DNA of 64,000 nucleotides from Omnitrophica WOR_2 bacterium GWF2_43_52 (GTDB taxonomy: Bacteria > Omnitrophota > Gorgyraeia > Gygaellales > UBA12090): positions 25,279 through 89,278 of the forward strand of contig MHGF01000035.1 in NCBI GenBank assembly GCA_001805445.1, read 5' to 3'. Under the pieces are notes generated by a model that worked only from the letters and a program-made list of their open reading frames with translations, was not told the origin of the DNA and did not search any database. Both the position numbers and the translations under genes were made by a program. Positions 20,926-31,436 of this stretch are shown piece by piece. Position 1 is the stretch's first letter, and each line of letters opens with the position of its first letter.

Positions 20926-20983
20926 GTATTCTCAGGATACAGAGTAATTTGTAAAAAACAGTAGACGAAAAGGGAGGTAGGCA

Positions 20984-22186
20984 ATGGCTAAAGAAAAGTT
21001 TGTAAGGTCAAAACCGCACGTTAATATCGGTACCATTGGGCATGTTGATCATGGTAAGACCACTTTAACTTCTGCAATCACCCTTGTTTTAAGTAAAAAA
21101 GGTTTTGCAGAGGCACGAGCATATGATTCAATCGATAACGCGCCTGAAGAAAGAGAAAGAGGCGTCACCATTAATATATCGCATGTTGAGTATCAGACCG
21201 AAAACCGCCATTACGCGCACATAGACTGTCCGGGACACGCCGACTACATCAAGAATATGATTACCGGAGCAGCGCAGATGGATGGGGGTATCTTGGTTGT
21301 TTCTGCTGCTGACGGCCCGATGCCTCAGACCAGAGAACATATCTTGCTTGCCCGCCAGGTGAATGTCCCAGCGTTAGTAGTGTTTTTAAATAAGGTAGAT
21401 ATGGTAGAGGATAAAGAGTTGATTGATTTGGTTGAGATGGAAGTAAGGGACCTTTTGACTAAATATAACTTTCCAGGAGATAAAACCCCGATTATCAAAG
21501 GTTCAGGCTTAAACGCGATGAACTGCAGCTGCGCTAAGGACACCTGCCCGAATTGTAAGCCTATCCTTGATTTAATGAAGGCTGTGGATGAGTTTATACC
21601 ACTGCCAAAGAGGGATTTAGATAAACCATTCCTCATGGCAGTAGAAGACGTGTTTTCAATTGAAGGCCGTGGTACCGTTGCTACAGGGAGAATCGAACGC
21701 GGTAAAGTGAAGTTAAACGAAAACGTTGATCTTGTGGGATTAAGGCCTGAGGTTGGAAAAACAGTCGTTACCGGTATCGAAATGTTCCGAAAACTTCTTG
21801 ATGAAGGGTTAGCCGGTGATAATGTCGGCTTACTTCTCCGCGGTGTTGATAAAAGCACCGTAGAAAGAGGTATGGTCTTGGCTGCGCCGGGTTCAATTAC
21901 CCCGCATACCAAATTCAAGGCCCAGGTGTATATTTTAGCTAAGGAAGAAGGCGGCAGGCACACACCTTTCTTCAATGGCTATAGGCCTCAGTTTTACTTC
22001 CGTACCACCGACGTTACTGGAAACTGTAAACTTGCTCAGGGCGTAGAAATGGTAATGCCCGGAGATAATGTGCAGCTTGACGTAGAGCTTATCATCCCTA
22101 TTGCCATGGAAAAGGAATCCCGTTTTGCAATCCGCGAGGGAGGCCATACCGTGGGAGCCGGGGTTGTTTCGGAGATCAGTACTTAA
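20984..22186 (+). CDS. tuf: elongation factor Tu (with Cys4 insertion [12 protein letters not shown] at aa 180-191)
   Basis: [21 protein letters not shown]. 400 aa. Confidence 0.97.
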   Translation: MAKEKFVRSKPHVNIGTIGHVDHGKTTLTSAITLVLSKKGFAEARAYDSIDNAPEERERGVTINISHVEYQTENRHYAHIDCPGHADYIKNMITGAAQMDGGILVVSAADGPMPQTREHILLARQVNVPALVVFLNKVDMVEDKELIDLVEMEVRDLLTKYNFPGDKTPIIKGSGLNAMNCSCAKDTCPNCKPILDLMKAVDEFIPLPKRDLDKPFLMAVEDVFSIEGRGTVATGRIERGKVKLNENVDLVGLRPEVGKTVVTGIEMFRKLLDEGLAGDNVGLLLRGVDKSTVERGMVLAAPGSITPHTKFKAQVYILAKEEGGRHTPFFNGYRPQFYFRTTDVTGNCKLAQGVEMVMPGDNVQLDVELIIPIAMEKESRFAIREGGHTVGAGVVSEIST

Positions 22187-22238
22187 CTAAAGCATCGTAC
22201 TTATGGCTTGTAATGAATAAGTAGCGTGCTTATCGAAA

Positions 22239-22538
22239 ATGCAGAAAATACGGATAAAACTAAAAGCATATGACCATCGCCTGTTAGACCAGGCAGTTAC
22301 GGAAATCGTTGATACCGGTAAAAGGACAGGGGCAAAGGTTTCAGGGCCTATTCCTTTACCGGTAAAACGAGAGATTTATACGGTTAACCGTTCTCCGGTC
22401 ATTGATAAAAAATCACGTGAGCAGTTTTATTTAATTACCCATAAACGCCTCTTGGAGTTGAATGAGCCTACGGCAAAAACGATTGACGCTTTGCGTAAAC
22501 TCAATCTCCCCGCGGGTGTCGATGTGGAAATTAAATAA
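22239..22538 (+). CDS. rpsJ: 30S ribosomal protein S10
   Basis: [18 protein letters not shown]. Confidence 0.95.
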   Translation: MQKIRIKLKAYDHRLLDQAVTEIVDTGKRTGAKVSGPIPLPVKREIYTVNRSPVIDKKSREQFYLITHKRLLELNEPTAKTIDALRKLNLPAGVDVEIK

Positions 22539-22643
22539 GGCGCTCATCTACCGACAAGAAGTAACGCTTCAGGACGTGTAGCCTAACTCCTTAACAGGGG
22601 TTAAGGGGAACGTTTAAAGCGCAGCAAAAGCGGTTAAAATACT

Positions 22644-23342
22644 ATGGCACAGTGTATCCTAGGTAAAAAATTAGGGATGACCCAGGTTTATGATGAATCT
22701 GGAAGGCTTACACCGGTAACGGTTATTGAAGCGGGCCCTTGCCCTATCGTAGGCATAAAAGATAAGAATATCCAGATAGCTTTTGACCAGGCAAAAGAGA
22801 AATCTTTGAGTAAACCGGTATTAGGAATATATAAAAATGCCGGTGTTAGTCCGCGAAGGATTATGAAAGAAGTTCCTAAGATTAAGGATCAGGAGTATGC
22901 CCTTGCCCAGGAACTCAAAGTAGACATATTTAATGCCGGAGATAAGATTGATGTCATCGGTGTTTCTATTGGTAAGGGTTTTCAGGGCGGTATGAAGCGT
23001 TGGCATTGGGACGGCGGCCCTAAGACCCATGGTTCAACAAGCCACCGCCGTGTCGGTTCTATAGGCTCAAGTACTACTCCGGGCCGGGTTTGGAAAGGCC
23101 ATCACATGCCTGGGCATATGGGAAATATCCGGGTTACCGTGAGCGGGTTAAAGGTAATTAAGGTGGATTCTGAGAATAATCTTTTAGCGGTAAAAGGAGC
23201 TGTTCCCGGCTATAGCAATAATTACGTCATGATTCGTAAGACCACAAAGCAGAAACGCCAGGTTATAAAGCCGATTATCGCGGAACAGAAAGCAGAGTCG
23301 CTTAAGAAAGACGCGAAGAAACAGGCAGCGGCGAAAAAATAA
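22644..23342 (+). CDS. rplC: 50S ribosomal protein L3
   Basis: GKKLGMTQVYDE start. S10-operon order. Confidence 0.95.
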   Translation: MAQCILGKKLGMTQVYDESGRLTPVTVIEAGPCPIVGIKDKNIQIAFDQAKEKSLSKPVLGIYKNAGVSPRRIMKEVPKIKDQEYALAQELKVDIFNAGDKIDVIGVSIGKGFQGGMKRWHWDGGPKTHGSTSHRRVGSIGSSTTPGRVWKGHHMPGHMGNIRVTVSGLKVIKVDSENNLLAVKGAVPGYSNNYVMIRKTTKQKRQVIKPIIAEQKAESLKKDAKKQAAAKK

Positions 23343-23343
23343 A

Positions 23344-24042
23344 ATGGAAAAGACAAACGCGAAAGCCAGAACAGCAATTCCTAGAAATAGTAAAAAGAAC
23401 GTACAAGCGCCCGCGGGCACGCTTACAGTCTATAGTATGGCAGGCCATAAAAAGGAAGATATCCCGTCACTTTTTAACGGCAGCCCAAAAAAAGCCGTTG
23501 TGGCGCAGGCAGTCACGATGTATCTTGCCAATAGGCGTTGTGGCCTTGCGGCAACGAAAACACGAGGCGAGGTTTCCGGCGGAGGAAAAAAACCCTGGAA
23601 ACAGAAGGGCACAGGCAGGGCGCGAGTGGGTTCAAGCCGCAATCCTCTATGGAGGCACGGTGGAGTAGTTTTTGGCCCGCATCCAAGGAATTTTCATTAC
23701 GCGTTGCCTTCAAAAATCAGGAACGCGGCGCTTTTATCAGCGCTTCATGAGAAAAGCGCCGGCGGGGATATTATGGTAGTAGATTCACTTACCATCGCTC
23801 ATCCTAAAAGCAAGGAAATACAGGCGCTGCTTGATAATCTCAAGATACAGGAATCGGTAGTTATTGTTATGGACGCGCAGGACAATAATATACAGCTTGC
23901 GTCGAGAAATTTGCCCTGGGTGAAAATAGCTTTCGCGAAACAGATAAATGCCATGGATATTTTAGGGGCAAAAAAACTAGTGATCGCCCGCGACGCGCTA
24001 ACGGCTCTGGAAACCCGGTTAGCAGGATTAGTTAAAAAATAA
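23344..24042 (+). CDS. rplD: 50S ribosomal protein L4
   Basis: Start coupled to the L3 stop. The alternative start ATG 23437 would give a typical ~200-aa L4. Confidence 0.9.
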   Translation: MEKTNAKARTAIPRNSKKNVQAPAGTLTVYSMAGHKKEDIPSLFNGSPKKAVVAQAVTMYLANRRCGLAATKTRGEVSGGGKKPWKQKGTGRARVGSSRNPLWRHGGVVFGPHPRNFHYALPSKIRNAALLSALHEKSAGGDIMVVDSLTIAHPKSKEIQALLDNLKIQESVVIVMDAQDNNIQLASRNLPWVKIAFAKQINAMDILGAKKLVIARDALTALETRLAGLVKK

Positions 24043-24050
24043 TAAAAAAA

Positions 24051-24338
24051 ATGATGACAAATAAAAATCCTTATGATATAATTAAAACTTTGCTGCGTAC
24101 AGAGAAATCGGTAGCGATGGATCCTTTAAGGAAGTATCTTTTTTTCGTCGATAAAGGCGCGAATAAGATTCAAATAAAAAAAGCAGTTGAAGAAATTTAT
24201 AAAGTTAAAGTTTCCGCGGTGAATACAAAAATTTCTTGCGGCAAGTTACGCAGGGTGCGCCATGAGCCAGGATATACTGTGAGCAGGAAGAAGGCGCTGG
24301 TAACCCTAAAAGTTGGAAGTAAAATAGATACAACATAA
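24051..24338 (+). CDS. rplW: 50S ribosomal protein L23
   Basis: 95 aa, L23-like. Operon position. Confidence 0.9.
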   Translation: MMTNKNPYDIIKTLLRTEKSVAMDPLRKYLFFVDKGANKIQIKKAVEEIYKVKVSAVNTKISCGKLRRVRHEPGYTVSRKKALVTLKVGSKIDTT

Positions 24339-24388
24339 GTACTGGAGTAAGTAGGAGCGTTTAGAGCTTACTCTGTACCGTAAAAACT

Positions 24389-25222
24389 ATGGGAATAAAG
24401 AAACATAAACCGACAACACCCTCGTTACGCTGGACGCAGACAGCAGATTTCGCGGAGTTAACTACCGATACCCCGTATAAGCCGCTTTTGCGGCCGATGA
24501 AGAGAACCGGCGGGAGAAATGCTTATGGAAGGATCACCGTTCGCCATCAAGGGGGCGGCCATAAGCGGCTTTATCGTCTGATTGATTTTAAACGAGACAG
24601 GCTTGATGAATGGGCAAAGGTCTTGACTGTGGAATATGACCCTAATCGTTCCAGCAGAATCATGTTGGTCGAGTATCCGGATAGCCAAAAACGCTACTGT
24701 ATCGCCCCTTTAGAAATTAAGGTTGGTGATCTCATCATTAGTTCATGTAAGGCAGAGATAGAAATTAAGCCGGGGAATTGCCTTTCATTGCGGCATATCC
24801 CTGTAGGTGTTTCTATTCATAACATAGAGCTTGCTAAGGGTAAGGGAGCGCAGGTTGTAAGAAGCGCGGGCTCATCAGCCAGCATTACCGCTAAGGAAGG
24901 CACTATGGCTCACGTCAGATTGCCTTCTGGTGAGGTGCGGCTGGTGCATTTGGACTGTAGGGCAACGATAGGGCAGGTGTCTAATATAGAACATGAGACA
25001 CTTACTATTGGTAAAGCCGGCAGAAAACGCTGGTTAGGTATTCGTCCTACGGTGCGGGGCCTCGCAATGAATCCTGTTGACCATCCTCACGGTGGCGGTG
25101 AAGGTAAGTCAGGGCAGGGTAATCCGCATCCGGTTACCCCATGGGGAAAGCCCACCAAAGGATATAAAACCCGTAAACCAAACAAGTATTCCGATAAATT
25201 TATCGTAAAGAAGAGAAGGTAA
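24389..25222 (+). CDS. rplB: 50S ribosomal protein L2
   Basis: 277 aa. Conserved HPHGGGEGK motif. Confidence 0.97.
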   Translation: MGIKKHKPTTPSLRWTQTADFAELTTDTPYKPLLRPMKRTGGRNAYGRITVRHQGGGHKRLYRLIDFKRDRLDEWAKVLTVEYDPNRSSRIMLVEYPDSQKRYCIAPLEIKVGDLIISSCKAEIEIKPGNCLSLRHIPVGVSIHNIELAKGKGAQVVRSAGSSASITAKEGTMAHVRLPSGEVRLVHLDCRATIGQVSNIEHETLTIGKAGRKRWLGIRPTVRGLAMNPVDHPHGGGEGKSGQGNPHPVTPWGKPTKGYKTRKPNKYSDKFIVKKRR

Positions 25223-25237
25223 GAGAGGATACGTTCC

Positions 25238-25525
25238 ATGCCGCGTTCGCTAAAGAAGGGGCCGTTTATTGAAGAGAGTTTGCTTAAGAAAGTAATTAAG
25301 GCAAAAGGTTCTGGCAGCCGTTTACCTATCAAGACATGGTCAAGGCGTTCTACGATAAGCCCAGATTTTGTGGGGTTGACTCTCGCGGTATACGATGGAC
25401 GAAAGCATATCCCGGTATTCATTGTGGAAAATATGGTGGGGCATAAGTTAGGTGAATTTGCTTCTTCAAGAATATTTAGAAAACATGGCGGCATAAAGGC
25501 CAAGAAGGCCGCGGAAAAGACATAA
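25238..25525 (+). CDS. rpsS: 30S ribosomal protein S19
   Basis: [11 protein letters not shown]. Confidence 0.95.
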   Translation: MPRSLKKGPFIEESLLKKVIKAKGSGSRLPIKTWSRRSTISPDFVGLTLAVYDGRKHIPVFIVENMVGHKLGEFASSRIFRKHGGIKAKKAAEKT

Positions 25526-25526
25526 T

Positions 25527-25862
25527 ATGTTAGTAAAAGCAAGCGCGAAATTTATAAGAATATCCCCTTCGAGATTGCGCGAAGTAATGAATACCATTAG
25601 GGGAAAAGAGGTTATCGCGGCAGAAGGTATTTTGTTGAATATTGGCAAACGCGCGAAAGGCTATATCGATAAGGTATTAAAGTCCGCGATTGCCAATGCT
25701 AAAGTAAAAGGCTTTAGCCCTTCGCAGTTATACATCTCAAAGATAACTGCCGACGTAGGGCCGATATGGAAAAGGTTTAAAGCCGCGGCGTTTGGGCGGG
25801 CGTCAAAAATACAGAAGCGGACCAGCCATATTACAATAGAGCTGGATATTAAGAATAGATAA
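25527..25862 (+). CDS. rplV: 50S ribosomal protein L22
   Basis: 111 aa. Operon position. Confidence 0.9.
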   Translation: MLVKASAKFIRISPSRLREVMNTIRGKEVIAAEGILLNIGKRAKGYIDKVLKSAIANAKVKGFSPSQLYISKITADVGPIWKRFKAAAFGRASKIQKRTSHITIELDIKNR

Positions 25863-25966
25863 GAGAGATGAAGAAAGAGAACGAAAAACAGGCTACAGAA
25901 AAAGATAAAATTAGTTTTCTTTGCTGTTCTCTGTTCTCTGTAATCTCCCGAACGAAGTGAGGGGAA

Positions 25967-26632
25967 ATGGGGCATAAAGTAAGTCCGTTATTATTACGAT
26001 TAGGCTATATTCAGGATTGGCGCAGTAAATGGTTTGCTAAAAAGTCAGACTATGCCAAATTTGTCCATATGGATATCCAGATTCGCAAGTTTATTAAAGA
26101 TAACTATAAACAGGCAGCGATTGCCAAGATAATTATAGAACGCCTCACGGATAAGATGAAGATAAAAATTCATTGTGCCCGTCCGGGACTTATTATTGGC
26201 AGGCATGGCCAGGATATAGAAAGGCTGCGAGGAGAGTTGGCGGCTATCGCGAAACAGGAACTTTCAATAGAGCCTATTGAGGTCAAGCAGCCTGCTGCTG
26301 ACGCTCAGCTCATTGCCCAAAATGTTGCCGTACAACTTGAAAAGCGTATTGCCTTTCGCCGGGCGATTAAGCGCTCGATTGAACAGGCTACTGCCTCAGG
26401 AGTCAAGGGAATAAAGATTTCTGTTGCCGGAAGGCTTGGAGGCGCTGAGATGTCACGCCGGGAAACCTACAAACAGGGTAAGCTTCCCTTAAGTACGCTG
26501 AGGGCGGATATTGATTATGGTTTTGCTGAAGCGCTTACTACCTATGGGCTTATCGGTGTAAAGGCATGGACATATAAAGGTGAGATATTGCTGAAATCAA
26601 AACAGCAGCCCGCTATAGTGGGGGAGAGGTAG
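25967..26632 (+). CDS. rpsC: 30S ribosomal protein S3
   Basis: MGHKVSPLLLRLGYIQDWRSKWFA plus a KH domain. Confidence 0.95.
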   Translation: MGHKVSPLLLRLGYIQDWRSKWFAKKSDYAKFVHMDIQIRKFIKDNYKQAAIAKIIIERLTDKMKIKIHCARPGLIIGRHGQDIERLRGELAAIAKQELSIEPIEVKQPAADAQLIAQNVAVQLEKRIAFRRAIKRSIEQATASGVKGIKISVAGRLGGAEMSRRETYKQGKLPLSTLRADIDYGFAEALTTYGLIGVKAWTYKGEILLKSKQQPAIVGER

Positions 26633-26638
26633 AGAACC

Positions 26639-27052
26639 ATGGCATTAATGCCAAAGAGGGTAAAATACCGTAAGACCCAAAAAGCTTCCATGAGAGGAGT
26701 GGCTACTCGGGGCAGTGATATTGAATTTGGTGAATTTGGGATAAAGGCCTTGGGTAACGGAAAGTTAAGGAATACGCAGATTGAAGCGATTCGCGTAGTC
26801 CTCGCGCGGCGTTTGCACGGCGGCGGAAAGATGTGGATGCGGATATTTCCTCATAAATCAATCACGAGGAAACCCGCGGAAACCCGTATGGGTAAAGGCA
26901 AGGGTGATTTAGACCACTGGGTCGCGATAGTTAAAAGAGGGAAGATACTCGTTGAACTGGGAGGGGTACATGAATCTTTGGCCCAGGAAGCGTTTCGCAT
27001 GTGCGCCTATAAACTGCCTATTCCGGTGAAATTTGTTAAGAGAGCGCATTAA
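26639..27052 (+). CDS. rplP: 50S ribosomal protein L16
   Basis: [11 protein letters not shown]. Confidence 0.95.
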   Translation: MALMPKRVKYRKTQKASMRGVATRGSDIEFGEFGIKALGNGKLRNTQIEAIRVVLARRLHGGGKMWMRIFPHKSITRKPAETRMGKGKGDLDHWVAIVKRGKILVELGGVHESLAQEAFRMCAYKLPIPVKFVKRAH

Positions 27053-27076
27053 AGTAATGCTAAAGTGGAAAACAGA

Positions 27077-27277
27077 ATGAAATTTAAGGATATAGTTAAT
27101 TTAAGCGCGCAGGAATTATTAGAAAAAGAAAAAACCCTCAAGGAGCAGTTGAGTAAGTTTACCTATCAACGCTATAGCGGCCGGGTTGAAAAGCCTCATA
27201 ATTTTAGAATGCTTAGAATAGCAATCGCAAGAGTGAAGACGGCATTATGCCAGCTGACGCTCGCAAAGAAGAAGTAG
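27077..27277 (+). CDS. rpmC: 50S ribosomal protein L29
   Basis: MKFKDIVNLSAQELLEKEK... ATG 27077 preferred. The ORF track starts at GTG 27065. Confidence 0.85.
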   Translation: MKFKDIVNLSAQELLEKEKTLKEQLSKFTYQRYSGRVEKPHNFRMLRIAIARVKTALCQLTLAKKK

Positions 27278-27304
27278 CTTTAGAATGTATAAGGAACGGG
27301 ACTG

Positions 27305-27565
27305 ATGATAGAGACGATAGTAAAAAGAAAGATAAAAACAGGGGTTGTCGTGAGCGATAAAATGAATAAGACCGTTGTGGTAAAGGTCGAGAGGCTCGCG
27401 AAGCATCCCGGATATAAGAAGACAATCCGCAGGTTCAAGAAGTTTAAGGCCCATGACGAAAATAACAGCGCGAAAACAGGCGATCGCGTCAGTATTGTAG
27501 AAACGCGCCCACTTTCTAAAGAGAAGCGGTGGCGTGTGCTTGAGATACTTAATCAAAAGGCTTAG
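27305..27565 (+). CDS. rpsQ: 30S ribosomal protein S17
   Basis: [18 protein letters not shown]. Confidence 0.95.
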   Translation: MIETIVKRKIKTGVVVSDKMNKTVVVKVERLAKHPGYKKTIRRFKKFKAHDENNSAKTGDRVSIVETRPLSKEKRWRVLEILNQKA

Positions 27566-27574
27566 AAAAAAACC

Positions 27575-27943
27575 ATGCTTCTACTAAAAAGTATATTAGA
27601 TATCGCCGACAATACCGGAGCGAAAAAGGCTTCTTTTATAGGGGTCTTGGGGAAAAAGAACTGCAGTTTCGCGAATGTGGCGGAGATTATTACCGTCAAT
27701 ATAAAAGAATCGGTTCCCAACGCGGCGGTTAAGAAAGGCGAAAAGGCAAAGGCAGTTATTGTAAGGACTAAAAAGGCGATTAGGCGCCCTGATGGTTCAT
27801 ATTTACGGTTTGACCGAAACGCGGCAGTTATTATTGATTTACAGGGCAATCCCAGGGGAACTCGCGTCTTTGGCCCCGTGGCAAGAGAATTGAGAGATAA
27901 GAATTTTATGAAAATTATCTCATTAGCTCCGGAAGTCATATAA
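27575..27943 (+). CDS. rplN: 50S ribosomal protein L14
   Basis: IADNTGAKK..RPDGSYLRFD..FMKIISLAPEVI. Confidence 0.95.
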   Translation: MLLLKSILDIADNTGAKKASFIGVLGKKNCSFANVAEIITVNIKESVPNAAVKKGEKAKAVIVRTKKAIRRPDGSYLRFDRNAAVIIDLQGNPRGTRVFGPVARELRDKNFMKIISLAPEVI

Positions 27944-27973
27944 TTTATTAATAGCAAATAACCTTATCCTATT

Positions 27974-28285
27974 ATGTTACGAATAAAGAAAAACGATATC
28001 GTTATGGTTACTTCAGGAAAAGACAAAGGCAAAACCGGGAAGGTATTGCATGTGTTTTGCCAGGAGTCTAGGGTCTTGGTTGAAGGAATTAATAAAGCTA
28101 AAAAGCATATGCGCCGCACCCAGGAAAATCAGCAGGGCGGGATTGTTGAAGTGGAAAGGCCGTTGTCTCTTTCCAATGTTATGTACTACTGCAAAAATTG
28201 CAACCGTCCCGTGAGGCTTGGTTTTAGTATTGCTAAGGATGCCGCGAAGGTGCGCGTTTGTAAAAGGTGTAAACAAACATTATGA
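27974..28285 (+). CDS. rplX: 50S ribosomal protein L24 (variant with C-terminal CxxC..CxxC)
   Basis: KOW motif VTSGKDKGKTGKV. The C-terminus YYCKNCNRPV..VRVCKRCKQ carries four Cys. Confidence 0.9.
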   Translation: MLRIKKNDIVMVTSGKDKGKTGKVLHVFCQESRVLVEGINKAKKHMRRTQENQQGGIVEVERPLSLSNVMYYCKNCNRPVRLGFSIAKDAAKVRVCKRCKQTL

Positions 28286-28827
28286 GCCCTCGTCTATTAG
28301 AGAAATACCGAAAAGAGATCGTCCCTTTGTTGCAGGAGCAGCTTGGTTATCGTAGCTCTATGCAGGTTCCGCGCCTGGAGAAGATAGTCATCAATATGGG
28401 TGTCGGAGAGGCAATAGCGGACACTAAGATAGTAGATAAAGCAGCGGATGAACTGGCAACGATTACCGGGCAAAGGCCGATCATCCGCAGGGCCAAGCAG
28501 GCAATAGCAAATTTTAAGATACGCGAGGGCCTTCCTATTGGATGTAAAGTTACCTTAAGGCAGAAAATGATGTACGAATTCTTAGACCGCCTTGTTAATG
28601 TCGCGCTTCCAAGAATTAGGGATTTTCGCGGTGTACCTAATGATTCCTTTGATGAACAGGGGAATTATACCCTCGGCTTAAAAGAACAGGCGGTATTTCC
28701 GGAAATTGATATTGATAGGATTCAGCGGGTGCAGGGCATGGATATCACTTTAGTTATCAATGCCCGAAGCAAAGAAGACGCGTACGCGTTATTGAAATGT
28801 TTTGGAATGCCTTTTCAAACTAAGTGA
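28282..28827 (+). CDS. rplE: 50S ribosomal protein L5
   Basis: 181 aa, L5-like. spc-operon position. Confidence 0.95.
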   Translation: MSPRLLEKYRKEIVPLLQEQLGYRSSMQVPRLEKIVINMGVGEAIADTKIVDKAADELATITGQRPIIRRAKQAIANFKIREGLPIGCKVTLRQKMMYEFLDRLVNVALPRIRDFRGVPNDSFDEQGNYTLGLKEQAVFPEIDIDRIQRVQGMDITLVINARSKEDAYALLKCFGMPFQTK

Positions 28828-28833
28828 GGATAC

Positions 28834-29019
28834 ATGGCTAAAGAGTCACAAATAGCACGCTGGAAGAGAACTCCGAAATTTTCAAGCCGTAAGTATAACC
28901 GTTGCTCACACTGCGGCCGTTCCGGAGGTTATCTGCAAAGATTTAAGCTCTGCCGTATATGTTTCAGGGAATTGGCATGGCAGGGGTTGTTGCCAGGGGT
29001 TAAGAAGGCAAGTTGGTAA
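28834..29019 (+). CDS. rpsN: 30S ribosomal protein S14 type Z (zinc)
   Basis: 61 aa. [17 protein letters not shown]. Confidence 0.95.
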   Translation: MAKESQIARWKRTPKFSSRKYNRCSHCGRSGGYLQRFKLCRICFRELAWQGLLPGVKKASW

Positions 29020-29061
29020 TGTATAAGCTGTCAGCTGTAAAATGAGCATGAAAAGGGGACT

Positions 29062-29460
29062 ATGGCACGAACAGATTTAGTCGCAGACGTACTAACAATG
29101 ATTCGCAATGCCGTGATGGCAAAAAAAACATCAGTTGTTGTTCCGTTATCTAAAATGGTCGTCGCGGTACTCGAAATTTTAAAATCGGAAGAATATATTG
29201 AAAATTTTAAAGAGCAGGCGGCATTGGGTGCTCAAAAAACAATCAAGATATATTTGAAGTATACCGGGGGCGAGCCAACGATACAAGGGATACGAAGGAT
29301 TTCCCGCCCGGGCTTGAGGGTATACGCGGGATATACAAAGATGCCGCGGGTGCTCAGGGGCTTTGGCAGGGCAATCGTATCAACTTCAAGCGGCCTCATG
29401 ACCGATAGACAGGCAAGGGAAAAGAAATTAGGCGGAGAAATACTCTGTTATGTTTGGTAG
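29062..29460 (+). CDS. rpsH: 30S ribosomal protein S8
   Basis: 132 aa. ADVLTMIRNA. Confidence 0.95.
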   Translation: MARTDLVADVLTMIRNAVMAKKTSVVVPLSKMVVAVLEILKSEEYIENFKEQAALGAQKTIKIYLKYTGGEPTIQGIRRISRPGLRVYAGYTKMPRVLRGFGRAIVSTSSGLMTDRQAREKKLGGEILCYVW

Positions 29461-29562
29461 TGAGAATGTAGTACAGTCTGATATAAATTCATGTCACTCA
29501 GCACTCGTTTCTTATAACAGGAAATGCGATCTACGGATACATAACTACGCAAGCAGGTAAAT

Positions 29563-30102
29563 ATGTCACGAATAGGGAAGAAACCCATAGCAATAGCCGC
29601 AGGAGTCAAGGTTACCATTGTAAAGGGTGAGGTCTCGGTTGAGGGCCAGAAGGGGAAACTCAAATTCGCATTACCGCATAGGATTACCTGTGAGGCAAAA
29701 GATAATCAGGTTGTGGTAACCTCGCCTTTAAAAAGCAAATTAGATAAATCCTTGCACGGCTTAACCCGCAGTTTAATTGCCAATATGATCAAGGGTGTTT
29801 CAGAAGGTTATGCCAAGGAACTTGAGATACAAGGGGTAGGTTTTAGGGCAAGTATTTCAGGGAGCGCGTTAATCATGATTTTGGGATTTTCACATCCGGT
29901 TAATTTTCCGATACCGGCTGATATTAAAGTTGAAACCCCAAAACCGACTAACATTGTAGTGCGGGGCATTGATAAACAGAGAGTAGGAGAAGTTGCCGCT
30001 CAAATCCGCAGGTATTATCCTCCAGAGCCGTATAAAGGCAAGGGGATACGCTACGCGGGTGAAGTCGTCCGCAAAAAAGTCGGAAAGGCAGCAACGAAAT
30101 AA
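29563..30102 (+). CDS. rplF: 50S ribosomal protein L6
   Basis: MSRIGKKPIAI. Confidence 0.95.
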   Translation: MSRIGKKPIAIAAGVKVTIVKGEVSVEGQKGKLKFALPHRITCEAKDNQVVVTSPLKSKLDKSLHGLTRSLIANMIKGVSEGYAKELEIQGVGFRASISGSALIMILGFSHPVNFPIPADIKVETPKPTNIVVRGIDKQRVGEVAAQIRRYYPPEPYKGKGIRYAGEVVRKKVGKAATK

Positions 30103-30170
30103 ACTATTGCACCGTTAAACTAATTCTTACAGATTAAAGGTGCAGTCAAAAATTAAATTAACGGAGCATT

Positions 30171-30533
30171 ATGGCTACGGTAAAGACAACTAGAAGAATA
30201 GCCCGTCATCAAAGGATACGGGATAAAGTCAGGGGTACCTCAGAGCGTCCGCGATTAGCGGTTTTTCGCAGTCTAAAAAACATCCATGCCCAGTTAGTTG
30301 ATGATACTCAGGAAAAAACACTTCTGGCGTTATCAACGACAGCAAAAGAAATAAAAGAAAAAATAAAATACGCGGGGAACACTAAGGCCGCGGTTTTGTT
30401 AGGCGACGTATTTGCTAAGAAAGCGCTGGCGCAAGGAATAAAATCTATTATTTTTGATCGCGGCGGCTATGCCTATCACGGCAGGGTAAAAGCGCTTGCT
30501 GAAGCTTTGCGTAAAGGAGGCTTAGTTTTCTAA
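30171..30533 (+). CDS. rplR: 50S ribosomal protein L18
   Basis: 120 aa. Operon position. Confidence 0.9.
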   Translation: MATVKTTRRIARHQRIRDKVRGTSERPRLAVFRSLKNIHAQLVDDTQEKTLLALSTTAKEIKEKIKYAGNTKAAVLLGDVFAKKALAQGIKSIIFDRGGYAYHGRVKALAEALRKGGLVF

Positions 30534-30535
30534 TC

Positions 30536-31003
30536 ATGGAGCAGAAAAGAAGAGAAGGACAGGAGCTTATAGAAAGAGTTATCAGTATTAACCGGGTAAC
30601 CAAAGTTACCAAGGGCGGTAAGAAAATGGCGTTTAGCGCTTTGATTGTATTAGGAGATACCAAAGGTAAGGTTGGCTACGCGTTGGGTAAGGCCTCGGAA
30701 GTAGCCGAGGCCATACGCAAGGGCCTCTATGCGGCAAAGAAAAATTGTATCAGGGTAAATCTTTCAGGCACGACTATTCCTCATGAGGTAATCGGCCATT
30801 ACGGAGCGGCAAAAGTATTGCTGAAGCCGGCGGCGGAAGGAACCGGAGTTATTGCCGCGGGTTCAGTGAGGGCTGTGTGTGAGGCCGCAGGAATAAAGGA
30901 TATCTTAACCAAATGTTTGAATTCTAACAATCCCATCAATGTAGTCAAGGCTACTATTGAAGGGTTACAGCAGTTGAAAGGAAGTACCCCGCGTGCCTCT
31001 TAA
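30536..31003 (+). CDS. rpsE: 30S ribosomal protein S5
   Basis: 155 aa. dsRBD-like region. Confidence 0.95.
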   Translation: MEQKRREGQELIERVISINRVTKVTKGGKKMAFSALIVLGDTKGKVGYALGKASEVAEAIRKGLYAAKKNCIRVNLSGTTIPHEVIGHYGAAKVLLKPAAEGTGVIAAGSVRAVCEAAGIKDILTKCLNSNNPINVVKATIEGLQQLKGSTPRAS

Positions 31004-31433
31004 TACGTTAGTTTCGGTAAAAGGCAGTTCCACAAGAAAAAAACTTTTAGGCCGCGGCCCGGGTTCCGGCCATGGAAAAACTTCTACTCGTGGCCATAAA
31101 GGCCAGCGTGCCAGAAGCGGGAGGGATTTCTATTTAGGATTTGAAGGAGGGCAATCTCCTTTAATTCGCAGAATTCCTAAGAGAGGATTTCATCATCAAA
31201 ATAAAGAATGTCAATTGGTCAATCTTAGCGCGCTAGAAGGCATTACCAAGATTTCCGTGATAGACCCTAAGGTTTTAGAAGAAAAAGGCCTTATCAAAAA
31301 CAGCCATGGCTTAGTGAAGATTTTAGGCGAAGGCCAGTTGAAAGCAGCTCTTACCATAAAAGCCAATAGGTTTTCTAAAAGCGCGATTGTAAAAATACAG
31401 AAAGCCGGCGGCACGGCAGAACGTATCCCATAA
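30993..31433 (+). CDS. rplO: 50S ribosomal protein L15
   Basis: [19 protein letters not shown]. Overlaps rpsE by 11 nt. No L30 gene between them. Confidence 0.95.
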   Translation: MPLNTLVSVKGSSTRKKLLGRGPGSGHGKTSTRGHKGQRARSGRDFYLGFEGGQSPLIRRIPKRGFHHQNKECQLVNLSALEGITKISVIDPKVLEEKGLIKNSHGLVKILGEGQLKAALTIKANRFSKSAIVKIQKAGGTAERIP

Positions 31434-31436
31434 TTT

